From assembly GCA_964016885.1 (NCBI GenBank), contig OZ024742.1:145204001-145268000 (forward strand): a stretch of DNA of 64,000 nt, written 5' to 3'. Below the pieces are notes generated by a model. It saw only the letters and a list, made by a program, of their open reading frames with translations, was not told where the DNA came from and made no database searches. The stretch's first letter is position 1. Each line of letters begins with the position of its first letter. A program made the translations under genes and the position numbers. This DNA comes from Eledone cirrhosa (taxonomy: Eukaryota). Shown here in pieces: positions 39,301 through 52,509 of this stretch.

Positions 39301-40627
39301 CAGTGGAGAAGGCTAATTTTCCTTTTACATTGTAGCATTTCGATTAAGGTTTAATAGTCATAAAATGCAAATCCTATCTCAGTTTTATATATTGTATTCT
39401 TAAGGCTAATATTTGTAGAATGTGAGGTCGAAGTGTCTAAATTTACACAGCATAATACTGCTACTTATTTTATCAGCTTGTGGTGGAAGTCAAAGGAAAA
39501 ATTTACTTTGTCTGAATTTGAACCTAGACATAGAATGAAACTAAATACTGGTTTCTTACTTAGAAATGGATAAATTCAATTAAAATAACTCTTGTTATTT
39601 TATTAAAGCCCTACATGAATTTGAACTCAAAACATTGGAAGACAGAATTGTACACTACCATTTCTGAGAACTTGTGTTATCTCTTTAAAATTTGTATTAT
39701 CATACTCTTATTTTTACATACTCGTGGGGTCTCCATTGGTTTTGATAATGAGCATTCAATTGTTTGAGCAAGTGAATGTCCAACACTTTAGATTAACATG
39801 TAATAGTTGAGTATTCCACACGTGTACTCTTAATATAATTTTCAGGCTGATTAGACAAGATGTACGACAAAACCGAACCTTTGAATTACAGGTACAATCA
39901 ATCCACCCAATGGACTTCCACAAAGTTTCCATGTATCCACTTTCACAAGGTAATGGGATCAAGCCCAGATTCTTATGATTACAAAGCAAACTTCCTAACA
40001 TCTCAGCCGTTTCTGTATCCCCTTCAACATTCCGCCAAACTTGCAATACCTCTGATCCCCTACATCTATATATTAATTTCAACAATGTCAGTATTCCGTG
40101 TGTCATAATTCTCGATTATCATTGGTTCATAGGTTTCAAACGACTCCGCCCAACTCAACGACGCCAAACTTAAATTAATATGCATAATGCCAATGAGGGA
40201 GTGAGAGGGGAGAGTGAGAAACAGAGAGGCAAAGTGAACGCTGTGTTGGATACACTATGTATATGTGTCAGTGTAGAGACATGTGTGTGTGATGTGTGTG
40301 GAAATAAGAGGGGAAGGAAAGGAATAACTATTAACATGTGTGCGTGTGTATGTACGTGCGCGTATGTTTGTGTGTGTGCGTGCAGCGTTCCACAGAAAGT
40401 AAAAACTATCATATGTGAGTGTGTGTGTGTGAGTGCATGGGTGCGTGTGTAAGTTTGCGTGCGTGTGCGCGTTTCCATGTGTGTATGTGTGTGTACATGC
40501 GGCGTTCCACAATTGCCACACAGTTTATCTGTCTGTATGCCTGTCTGTTAGTCTAACATACACAGAGTTGTGAAAGGAGTAAATAGGGACCTTTTTTTAC
40601 ATTGACAGACATCTTTTATATTAATTA

Positions 40628-40986
40628 TCTATATCTATATCTACATATAATATAAAAGATTGGAACTTCCATCATCCTTTTGAGAAACATGGAACAACCA
40701 CGTCTATGCAATGAATCATGTTTTACAGTCAGGCAGAAGATGAACCATCTCCTAGAGGTCACTATTCTAGGTGGGAGCACCTAGAATTGTTCATATACTA
40801 TGCACAAACGGTACAACGAAGAATCTGGTATATCTGGAAGATTTTTTAAACTGTTTTTTGTATTACACAGACACCACGGACTCGCCTCATACTGTAACCA
40901 GACAAACATCCAATTCAGTCATTTTCTCTTTTACCTGTCTTCTCTTATCATCTGTTTACCCGGGCGAAGCTGGGTACATCAGCTAG
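40628..40986 (+). mobile_element. Non-autonomous Helitron
   Basis: 5' a|TCtatatctatatctacatataatataaaa; 3' GC-rich hairpin acccgggcgaagctgggt (40958-40975) followed by CTAG|t. Confidence 0.7.
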
Positions 40987-41959
40987 TCATTTCTATTTAA
41001 AGGGAGAATATTCTTGTGAGTTTTAATTCAATTCTTTCTAATCTCTGAATTATGAGTTCTTTAGCTTCACCACAATTAATGATTTTGCAATATTATTTCC
41101 TTTTAAAGAACATAACAATAATGAATTTGTTGTTATAGGATATACTTCTCTGTCAGCCATATATTGTATTAATGCAACAGAAATACTAATTCATTTAACC
41201 TGCCAACCACTGCAGGGAAATGATGGAAGGCATATGAGAGTATGTGTTCAATGGAAAGCTGACTCCTCCTTAACCTTTTCTTCATACTTTTATTGTTAGC
41301 AGAAAAATGTTAATAATAAATTATTAGGATGAACTCTTTGATGATAATGATCATATTTATGCTTTATTCAGGATTGTTTATAATTTGTTTGTAGCAAATC
41401 AATCTCTATGACAATGATGATAATGATGATGATGAATTCACGGTCCTTTATTTTGCTAAATTAACAAGTTATAAAAGTGCTATATATCAACCAATATCAG
41501 CAATAATTCAAAGTGTGTCTACATGGTTAGTCAAACTAACTTTACTCTCTTAAAAGTGAAAGAGTACATTTGATAATATAGTCAAAATTATATAGGCCTG
41601 CTTATTTTGGGCTAACCTGGAGATCAATAACAACAATTCAAAACAAATGTTAATATTCTAAAGGAGGGTGTGCCCTTCATTTTCAACTCAATAGATGATT
41701 GAAAAAAGATAGCGAATTAGGTTTATGAGCTGAAAGATTAGATATATAATCTAAGGAAAGCTGATAGATCAGATGTGAACTTTTGTAGATATAATTTATA
41801 TTTATCATAAAGCCTCTGGTGTATATTTTAAATAACAGGTAGTGAGGTTATGTGACTTCAAAACTTTTCCAAGTAACTGTAATTCCAAGATTCGTTATTT
41901 TTTAAATAATGTTTTAATTAATAATTGATATCTTCATAAGCAGAAAAAATCTTCACCAA

Positions 41960-42299
41960 AAGTTCCACAAGAAGCTAGAATTTCATGTCCATCTGAGCAA
42001 TAGATACAGAAACATCAAAGGTTCTCACATGATATCAACATACAATGTGCGTAGAATGTCTCCAGGAAATAATCACTGGACAGATTTTATGGGCAAAAGC
42101 CAACTGGTAGGAGACCCAGGGGTAAACCCCAAGCAAGATGGTTGAATAGCATCCATGAGCTTGGCTGGTCTCACTTGGGGATCTAGCTGGATTAATTGGA
42201 AATGGTTGCTTCTGACAGGATCTACTGAATGGTGTACTGAAGGACCCTACCCCACTGTCAGGAATAAGTGGGCATCAAAGAAAAAGAAAGAAGAAAGAA
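41960..42299 (+). mobile_element. Decayed RTE-type LINE 3' end with (GAAA)-like tail
   Basis: Reads ...KPTGRRPRGKP..RWLNSI with a frameshift, a typical RTE C-terminal motif; purine-rich tail. Confidence 0.55.
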
Positions 42300-42329
42300 T
42301 TTGTAATTGGTAAATTTTTGTTTTATAAG

Positions 42330-42650
42330 TTAATCAAAGGGAAAGAGGTTAATGCTCATAACCTTTCCAGCACCCCATTTCCCAGTCAGGTGAGATGGAT
42401 GTTGTTTATGTTCACTTAGAATATGTTGGTAGGAAGAAAGTAGGAAGAGAATTCCAAAGTGTTTGGGCTCCTGGGGAGGAAGTATTAGGTAAAATGGTGA
42501 ATGCAGAATATGGGTGGTGAGACAGGGCATGAAAAAGGGAGAAGTGAAGGATAAGTAGGGTAGGCTTGTAGAGAGTTGTGGCAAAATTGTGACAATTGGA
42601 TGTTAACTGAGATTCAAACCTTTTCAACTTATACCAGCTTTGCAAAATGA
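42330..42650 (-). mobile_element. Decayed CR1/Jockey-group LINE 3' fragment
   Basis: Minus-strand HPY...QTLWNSLP motif typical of the ORF2 C-terminus in this group. Confidence 0.55.
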
Positions 42651-42930
42651 ATGTTCAAACAATGGTGGGGAATTGTGCATTCTTTGTATTCATATTCAAA
42701 ATTAGATTTTGAAATTTTCTTGAAATATCGATAGTCCTAATTTTCAAATGTGTCAACTTGCTATGTCCACTTTGAATTACATTTTTTTCTCATAAGGGTA
42801 CCAGATTTCAGCTGGCCAAAGACACCCCCCAGCCCTATGACCATCAATTGACAAAGTATTTTTCAATATATTATCAATGTAATTGTTGTTATCAAATTCA
42901 ACCTCATCATTTGTGAAATGGCATGCAATG

Positions 42931-43120
42931 GTTAGCTGAAAAGTTCATAGGCTGACCAAGATACTCTCATGGAACGACCAAAGGAGGTTTATTTTTCAAC
43001 ATAGTCCTTAGAAAGAAACAATGCAGTTATTAATAAAAAGAGTTGAAATTAATGCATGCAAGATTTCACAGCACTAGCATTACTCTTTCATAGTCACACT
43101 ATGAACTTTTCAACCTCGTA
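42931..43120. mobile_element. Mariner-like MITE (decayed)
   Basis: tgaaaagttcatag near the left end and ctatgaacttttca..cctcgta at the right end. Confidence 0.55.
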
Positions 43121-43365
43121 TAACAGTTGAATTAGTCTATAATATTGATATTATGATCTTTATTATGGCTTCCATATAAATTCTTTTGAAAATCATAACT
43201 CTTTAATAGCCTTCCCCTATCTATCGATCTCCTTTTGAGATAACTATACTTATCAATAACACTATTCACAATCATTAAACTGATTCATGTGAAAATGTAC
43301 AGGACATCACATGAAATTAAGTTCACACATAAATAGCCACTCCTTGAATACCAGTATTAACAGTT

Positions 43366-43493
<128 letters not shown>

Positions 43494-45229
43494 CTTGTTG
43501 AGTCATGGAAACCTATCCAGTGCTGGTTCTATGATAAAATGCATCCAATATGCTCTATAAAGTGAGAGCATTGGGGCCATGATAAAATGCACCCAGTACA
43601 GTCTGGAAACTAGTTAGTGTTAGGAAGGGCATCCAACCATAGAAATCAGGTCAAATTCTGAATGTGTGAGCAAGAGGTGGTTCTCTAACCAGTCTAGTCT
43701 CAGATCATGACCACCTATCTAACCTATGCCAGCATGGAAAATGAACTTAACATGGTATGTATGTTTGTAGTGCAAACATAAAGTAAAGGAGGACCATCCA
43801 GTTAACTAGCTAATCAGCTTGAGATGACAGAATTATTTACTTTGTCTAGGGTACAACAGAACAGATATAGTAAGCTTTGTTTACCAACAGGTCAAAGATT
43901 GCCAACTGATAAAGTATTAGTTGCTCTCTGATAGGTTTTCTTTTTTAACCTGTTGAGGTGGAAACATTTGTCATTCTTGGTACTCAAATCGTCTCCATAT
44001 TCACTAAATATGGTTGTGTGTAGTAATAAGCCTTAGAAGTTGGAATCTCCATTTGCCATTTTTCTGTGCTTTCTACAGCTGGGTGTCTTTCCTATTATCA
44101 ACCACTTTACAGATTGTGGCTTCAGCACTAGAGAGGTTGTTACATGTTTAATACATATATATATTAAAGATGTAACCCAGAAAAAAGAGAGAGAGAAATA
44201 AAAAAGGAAAAAAATATTTTTTTTCTTCCTAATAATCGTCTCTTTCTCTCTGTTTTCATACACACACACACACACATGCACACATTTATATATATATAAT
44301 CTATTTTGAATGTATGTTAAATTAAAGTTAACAGCTTCAATGCAGATTTTTAGGATGCTGCCCCACAAGCAATGCTGTTCACTGTTTTCTGTCTGTAGAG
44401 GCTTATATGCCCAACTCTTAGACTATTTCACATAGTCAAAAACCTGCATTGAAGCTATTAACTTTAAGATAGTGGTAAGAAACTCTCAGGAGAGCTGGAC
44501 TGCAGAAGGTCCTCAGAGAAGAAATCCACTTCAAGCAAGTGTTTCAGCCCTTAGGCATTCAACCTTGGTAGGATTTTAACATGAAACAATGTGATATAGA
44601 ACTGATTAAAGAAATGTACACAGCCACTGCTACATGTTTTACAAAGCAATAGAGGAATATTAATTTACTCAGACTAAGTAACAATCTTTTTGTTGTTATT
44701 TAGCTCTAGATTACCTTTAACAAGCAATACTATTACTAAAAGAAATTTCCTGGACACACGTTTACTGGAAAGAATGGAGGCAACATAGAGTGAACGCTTC
44801 ATCCCTGCAGCAAACAAAGCAAAATGTTAGTGTTGGTGTCACAATATATTGCACTCAGTGCACTCTGTAAAGTGGTTGGAAATCAGAAAAAACTATACTG
44901 TAGAGAGGACCTTTAGTCATGTTGAGGATACTGTTACATCTCTAGTATTGGTTCTTCAATAATACCACACCCAGGACAATCTGTAAATCAATTGGTATGA
45001 GGAAAGACACCCCTTCCGAAAAACCATAGAAAAATGGAACATCCAAGTGAGATACGGCTTCCTTGCTCATTTAGAAAAGCAGTAACTTCTAATAAGATGT
45101 GAACTACTCTGGAATGATCCAACCAGCCCATGCCAGCATGGGAAGTGGACATTAATTAATTATGGTGATGATGGTTATTCTAGACTTGATCATTTTGTCT
45201 TTTTGTTTTTTTGTATATCTGTCGTTTCA

Positions 45230-45412
45230 TGGCAGTATCGGTAGAGTGTCAGATGCCATGGTTTCCAACATAGAGTTACGTCCCTTTACACCCTGAGTTC
45301 AAATCCCGTCGAGGTTAACTTTGCCTTTCACCCTTACAGGGTTGATAAAATAAAGTACCAGTAATGTACTGGGGTAATTGCTGGCCTTGTGCCAAAAGTA
45401 GAAACAATTATT
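45230..45412 (+). mobile_element. Family A SINE
   Basis: Match to family A from ggcagtatcggtagag to agtagaaacaattatt. Confidence 0.88.
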
Positions 45413-46204
45413 TTAAGACATTAGGTGTGCAATTTGTGGGAGATTTGGCTGTTATTTCTTGTAAGTCAAATGAGAGCATAGAGGTTCAGTTTGTGGGGAA
45501 AGGTGGAGAACATGAGATTTAAATGTATTTGTATGGACAAGCTTTAGGTGTAAATATTACCTAGTCCTTGAAAGTGCTGAGCACTTCACTAAGATTAAAT
45601 GACTTTTAAGAACTAGGAAGTTAACATTAAATGATGTTATAAAGCAGTTAATTCAGCACTCAATTGTTTTCAACAACTTGATTACACTTTAATGTTTAAG
45701 TACACACATCAATTCATCTAGCTTTCATAGCAGGAGATGGAGGTGCAGGGAGTAAATTGACAACAAAAAGAAAAATAGAAGTTTATCTTTTAACAAATTT
45801 CAACCTTTTATTATATATATATTTAAAAAATGCTTTCTTTTGAAAGTATAGTGTAAAATAAACTGGTATAAATGTGTCAGTTAGGAAACTTTGTTGTTTT
45901 TCTTAATTTTATAGGACTTGTTGAATCCTGTAGTTTTTTTATAAACAGTAATTTCTCCGAAAGAAAGATACATGGAAACAGATTACACTAGATTGATATT
46001 TCTAGGTAGGAATAATGCTTCAGGACATTCCCAGAATGTGAATTCCTATTCATATTAAATAATACATTAAGTGAATTCTGGTACATATGTTAAATATATG
46101 ATTTATATACTTTCTATTTTAATTACTTTCTGACATGTATTACAAATGATAGCACTTTGACAGTATTACCCTTAAAGGCCTTCTGTTAATTGAAAAATCA
46201 TAAA

Positions 46205-46308
46205 TACAGAGTGGCCCCAAAAATGTATACACACTTTGATTACCTGTACAGGCAATATTTATTAGAATGCTTTTGAAGTATGTATACATTTTGGGGGGAC
46301 ATCCTGTA
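46205..46308. mobile_element. Miniature Tc1/mariner-type MITE (~104 bp)
   Basis: tacagagtggccccaaaaatgtatac ... gtatacattttggggggacatcctgta: imperfect TIRs bounded by TA. Confidence 0.7.
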
Positions 46309-49107
46309 TATACTTAACATCATTATCATTATAAATGGCATTATCATCATCATGTGTCAGCTTTTTCATGCTGGCATAGAATGGAGAGGTCATCATGAAC
46401 CATATCAGTTCTTACTGCTTTTAAATAAGTTGGAAATTACATCTCACTTGTACATTCCATTTTTAATGTGTTTTCTATATAATAGCTGTCTGATTAAGTT
46501 GTAACTGTTACATATCGGTTCCCACCAAAATACATATATCAGCAATTGTGTAATAAATAAATGAGGTAAATTCTAACTTAATGACTTCTACTTCATTGTT
46601 ATACCAATTCTCTGGAGTACACAGACCTACATGTATATACTAGTGTTGGTTGATTAACTAACACAAGATATATATGTATATAATCTTCATCATCATCATT
46701 TAATATCCATTTTCCCTGCTAGCAAGATTTGGACAGGTAGTTGCAGAACAAGTCAGTACTTAATCAGCTGGGCCAGAAGTTGCATCTCACTTGCATGTGA
46801 TTCTGCTCTATATATTGTCTGCTATGCATTTTATCATGGCATCAGTACTAGAGAGGATGTCATGTTTTGACTGAAAGGTCCTCTCAACCCGTTTTGGCAT
46901 GGTTTCTATGGCTGGAAGCCCTTCCTATCATCTACCACTTTATAGATTGTACTGGATATGTTTTGTCAAGGCATAAGCACTAGAGAGGTTGTTGACACAA
47001 CTGAAGATCCTTCTCTATACTGTGGAGTGGGGAGGATGGAAGAGGTAGGAGATATAAGTATGATGTCACAGGTAAGTGACAATAGGTGGGAGGAAGGACA
47101 GTTGTAGGGTGGGAAGGTTGAGATTATTATCATCATCACCTAACACACAACAAGTTTCTGTACAGTTTCCATCTACCAAATTCTACTCACAAAATATTGG
47201 TCAATCTGTGGCTGTGGTATGCCTAAGACACCACTCAGAGGGATGGAACCTAGAACCAGCATAGTTGAATTCAATTACTTAACCACACAGCCTTGCTTGC
47301 ATCTTTTTAACTGTTGAAATCATTACGATTTAAATTATTATTTTTTTTTTTCTTCTGAAAAGCGTGTTTAAATTGTCACTGTAACTCACCTAATTTCTGA
47401 GGCTGAGTCAGACCTGTTAGTGTCATGTCACCCTGACTGTATATTTTTTTAAGGTGAAGTTTGACTTTGAAACTATTTATGACTCAATGTTTCTAACACT
47501 TTAAGGAAATCCTCTGGAAGTTAACCATTAACATCCTTAAATGATCTAGCAGAAAATATCTATAAAAAATGGGATTGTTAATTCAAATGTTTATAGTAGC
47601 TTTTCTACTAAACAGACATTTTTGAACATTTGTAATGTTAAAGTAAAGACTTCAACTTTTAATGTGATGCACTCTTAGTGGATACTTTACAAGAATATCA
47701 TACTTATTCCATTTCATGTGGTACAGGATGTTAGGAGTAAATATAGAGCACCGAGACTATGTGGTCATTTGACCTGCTAGAAATATTAGACACATCTAAA
47801 ATTGAATTATATGATGCTAAAAACAGTGTTTCTTGTATGGTGGTTATAGGACAGTCAGAAAACACTGTCTGAAAAAAAAAAATAAGGGTCATGTCTGGAA
47901 TGTCCAGTCAAAGCCAATATGGGCTAAATGGCAATGATACAAGAACATCTTCCTTCTACTTCAGTTACTATGTGGACACATGGCCAATTGGTTAAGTTTG
48001 CTTCACAATCATTAGGTCACAGGTTAAATTCCACTGCAAGACTTCTTGGGCAAGGGTCATTTGTCATAGCCTCATGTCAACTCATGTCTTATGAATTGGG
48101 TAGACAGAAATTATTTGGAAGCCCATCAGATGAACTGTACCTGTAATTCAAAAGACTAGCCTGTCACACACTGTGCCACACTGAATCTCCCTGAAAATTA
48201 CATTAAGGGTACACATGTTTGTAGATTCCTCAACCACTTTCACATTAATTCTATAAGAAGATTGTTCCATTGATTGAACAACAAATTGGAACACTCTTCA
48301 TCAGAATCAATGGAGTTCCACTTCATACTTCTGCTACAAGTACTAATCCAGTTAGCATATTCATTTGTTCAGCGTTTATCACAAATGCATTTTTTTAAAA
48401 CTAGTATTTTCAACTTGTACAGGATTGATACCACTGTGTCATGCAATTTTTTTATATATTTATCAAATTTTCACCTTTGAACAATTGCTTATAATCCTTG
48501 ATTGCTGGGGAGGGGAGAGGACAAGTGGGCAAAGATAAGAAGAATGATAAGGTATACATACATATATTTCCCTTGAAGAGCTCTCCCCTATTTTCCAAAA
48601 ACCTCCAGTCAACTGGTGGAGGTAGCCATTTTCTTATATAACAGGCTGAATAAGTTGGGGTGAATAACCCAACAAAACTTAAGCACCTGTATATGTCACT
48701 GTGTGAAAGACAGATAGGTAGTTTAAAGCATAGGGTTATATATATATATATATATATATATATGAACCTTATCATTCCGCTTATCTCTGCCCACTTGTCC
48801 TCTCCCATGCCTATGGGATAGAGAGAGCTCTTCAGGAGTCAATGACCAACAACTTCTCTTGTGCTGATGCAAAAATAAATGTACTTTAATGATGATGATA
48901 TATATATATCATCATCACCATCATCATCACCGTTTTACGTCCGTTCTTCCACGCTAGCATGGGTTAGACGGGTTGTCCTGTTGTGGGCAGTGTCTGGTCG
49001 GCTGACCATGCCTTGCTCATACAGGAACTGATCTGGCTTGATTTCTACAGCTGGATGTATATATATATACTTCAGTGTAGGACAGAACAAAGGAGAGACA
49101 AAAAATA

Positions 49108-49157
49108 AATTAGTCACTGAGGAGGACACAGAATATGTGACGAAAGAGCTTATAATT
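49108..49157 (+). ncRNA. Hammerhead-like motif with canonical core inside a TA-embedded insert (49070-49280)
   Basis: CTGAGGA (49117-49123), g, stem II gacaca-gaata-tgtgac (one mismatch), GAAA (49142-49145), then gagctta containing the palindrome agct; stem I only partly preserved (aatta/taatt). Confidence 0.5.
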
Positions 49158-51855
49158 ATAATCAAACAATAATTATAATCAAACAACCATCCGGTTATTA
49201 AACCAACCAACTGGAAATTTGTAATAAAATGAAGTGAAAACCAACATATGTTTTTATTGGCAGCATGACCCTCCCAAAGTATAAATATATATGGCTTAGT
49301 GGTTAGAGCATTGGCCTTGCAATCGAAAGGTTGTGAGTTCAATTCTCAGACCGGGTGATGTGTTGTTTCCTTGAGCAAGACACTTTATTTCACATTGCTC
49401 CAGTTTACTCAGCTGTAGAAATGAGATGATAGGGACTGGAGTCCCTATCATTCCACTGCAAAGTGGTCGTGGAGGTGCCACGGCAAAAAGGCACCCAGCC
49501 CACACTGTAAAGTGGTCATGTAGGCGCCACAGAAAAAAAGCACCCAGCACTCACTGTAAATGAGGTTGGTGTTAGGAAGGGCATCCAGCTGTAGAAATCA
49601 AGCCAGAATCAGTTCCCATCCCACCCTTGCAAGCAGAGAAAAGCAGACGTAAAATGATAATGATGTATATATATGTATGTATATAAGTATAAAGGATGAT
49701 GTACTCAAGCACATAGATGCTATAGAATAGCTTATAAAATAGTTCATAAAAGATGGAAAAAAGTTTGCCATTGGCTGCTATGAGGAATTGAGCCCCATAT
49801 CTCCCAGATACCATCTAGATGCTTTAACCATTAAGCTAAGGAGCCATGACAACAACTTTACCAGTCTTTTTAACTAGATAACTGGAAAATAGTTTTCAAA
49901 TGTCAGCAGACAGATTGACAGACAGAGAGACATCCGTGCGTACGTAAGCCAAATTCACGAACTTTTAAGTGCTGAGAATATATATGTATATATAAGTATA
50001 AATATATATGTATATATATGTATATATAAGTATAAATATATATAAATAGATGCCCTTCCTGGTGCCAATCCTTTTAGTTGCCTCTCATAACACAAGGGAT
50101 ACAGTGTGCCAATTCTAAATATATCAATGTGTGTGCGTGCTTGTGTGTGTGTGTGCATGTGCGTGCCTATGTGTGTGCCTGTGTGTGTGTGTGCATGTGC
50201 GTGCCTATGTGTGTGCCTGTGTGTGTGTGTGCATGTGCATGCCTATGTGTGTGCCTGTGTGTGTGTGTGCATGTGCGTGCCTATGTGTGTGCCTGTGTGT
50301 GTGTGTGTGCATGTGCATGTACATGTGACAATAATGCTAAACTTAGGTTTAGTTTGTTATTGCTGTAAATATTTCAATACATTTCCGCTTGAAATTTGAA
50401 ATTCCTTTGAGACCCAATTACCTGTTACTCCTGTTAAAATATGTGCTGAACTGAGGCTGGCATGAGTCACTTATTTGTTACTGTCTGTGATAGTTAAGTA
50501 GCATCCCCTATAGGGAGTGACAGCTTTCTATATCATGATGCTACAGAAATCAATTATTCTTGTAACCTTAAGAAACCATGCAATGCATGTTTATGTGTGC
50601 ATGTATGCTTGGAATTTTCTTTGATATGATTCATTCAGCAGTAAAAAAAAATATGCATATAAATATAACAAACTTTAAAATCAATATAATTGAATGAGGC
50701 CATTTCTGTGTGGCTGTATGTCTGGGTGTGGTTTGAATACATTTTATCTCACCTCTTCTACTGGAAAAAAAACTATCTAATAATTCATTCATATTGATTT
50801 ACAAAGTTTTAACTTCTCTGTCAGTATTCAGTTTTATGGCTTCTCTCTCTATTTTTCTTATGTTTCTAGTTATCTAGTCACCACTATATAAAGAGAGGAT
50901 ATATCATTTTTCTTCTTTCTGAGAAGTTCTCATTTTACCCTGTTCATACTTTGTTTGTGTTATTTAATTGTTTTTCATATTTTCTGTGTGATTTTAAACA
51001 AAAAACTGGTTTTTCTGGTTTAATTGCCATGTCTCCCCCACTTATTTTCTTAAAAAATGCAACACACATTCCAATAAAGACACACTGTTTAACATTGCGA
51101 GAGTTGTTCTTAATCATACTGTGTGATTGTTATATAGTCAATATTTGACAGATTTTATGACTTTAAAATGACAGTTTATCTCTTGCAACAATTGTCATTT
51201 GAGTTATTCATTGTCACTCTTGAAATATATTTTTGGTTATCAGTTTACTAAAGTTTTCAAGAAAATTGTACATGTACACTCTTTCCCCTACATACACACT
51301 CACTCGCTTACAAATACATACACGCTTTTAAATACAAGCTCACATACTTTCACATACATACTCACTCACAGATGACTTACTTACACACTCATGCATGCTC
51401 ACATACACACACATACATACATACACACACACAGAGACAAGTTCATACACACTCACATATTCACACAATTATATAGTCCCAAACACATGCTCACTTAAAC
51501 TCATACATTGACACAAATAAACTTGCATATACAGACTCACACACTCATGCAGGCTCACATACTCATATACACAGACCCACATACACTCCAAAGTCTAGTA
51601 CCCTTAAAGATCACCTAGTTTGCTTAGCATTAGCCATATATCCATTTGTATTTCAACATGTTAGTTTTTATACTGTGAATATTAATATAAAGCACAAAAT
51701 ATATAGAAATATAGATTTCAGCTTCATGAAATTATTCAATGAAAATGAAATAAGTATATTATCCATCTCACACATATATAACAGAGAGGTCTATATGTTA
51801 ATATCATAATTCTAGATTCTAGGAAGGTAATCTATTATATATTAGATGGAATATT

Positions 51856-52500
51856 CATCATCATCATCAGTGACTGTTTTCAGCTGATTGGGTAACATAG
51901 ATTGCTATCTCAGTCTTTCTTGTGCTGTCCTTACATATTCACTGCATTTAAAGTCTGTCCAATTCTTGATATTATCCAGCCACATAATTCTTAGTTTTCC
52001 TCTTTCTCTCTTCATATTCATTTTAATTTCTATTAATAAGCTCTGCAAAACCTTTCTTCTAATTATACAGGGTGACCATAATGTCTTTCCCTGATTATAA
52101 ACCTTTATTAAACAAAACAAAAACAGTTTTTCACACTCTTATATGGGCCCCACTTGTCACTCAAAACATATCTAAGCAATATTCAATTTTATTCTAAGTG
52201 TTCTGAAGCATATCAACTGTTACAAATGCTATTGCTTCAGTTATCCTTTCCTTTAGGGAAAGACTTTATGCTCACCCTGTATATCAGAAATATTTAATTG
52301 CTCTCTAATAAAATGTTTAAAATGTTTGCCATGTTTATTTCATCATTGATTTAGTGCTCTGTCCATGATACTCTTAAGAGTCTTCTTTTTTCCTACATCT
52401 CAAATATACTTGATATTATTTTTGCTGGTGTCCATGTTTCAGCTCCATACATAATACTTTTAGTGTTTATTAACTTTTCTTAGCCTTTTCTGATTTTGAT
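51856..52500 (-). mobile_element. Decayed RTE/BovB-like LINE 3' part, interrupted by a MITE
   Basis: Minus strand YGAETWT...RLLRVSWT and KRERGKLRIMWLDNIKNWT; (CAT)n tail at left. Confidence 0.75.
52066..52281. mobile_element. Tc1/mariner-type MITE nested in the RTE fragment
   Basis: TIRs tacagggtgaccataatgtctttccct / agggaaagactttatgctcaccctgta with TA at both ends. Confidence 0.82.
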
Positions 52501-52509
52501 ATTAATGTT

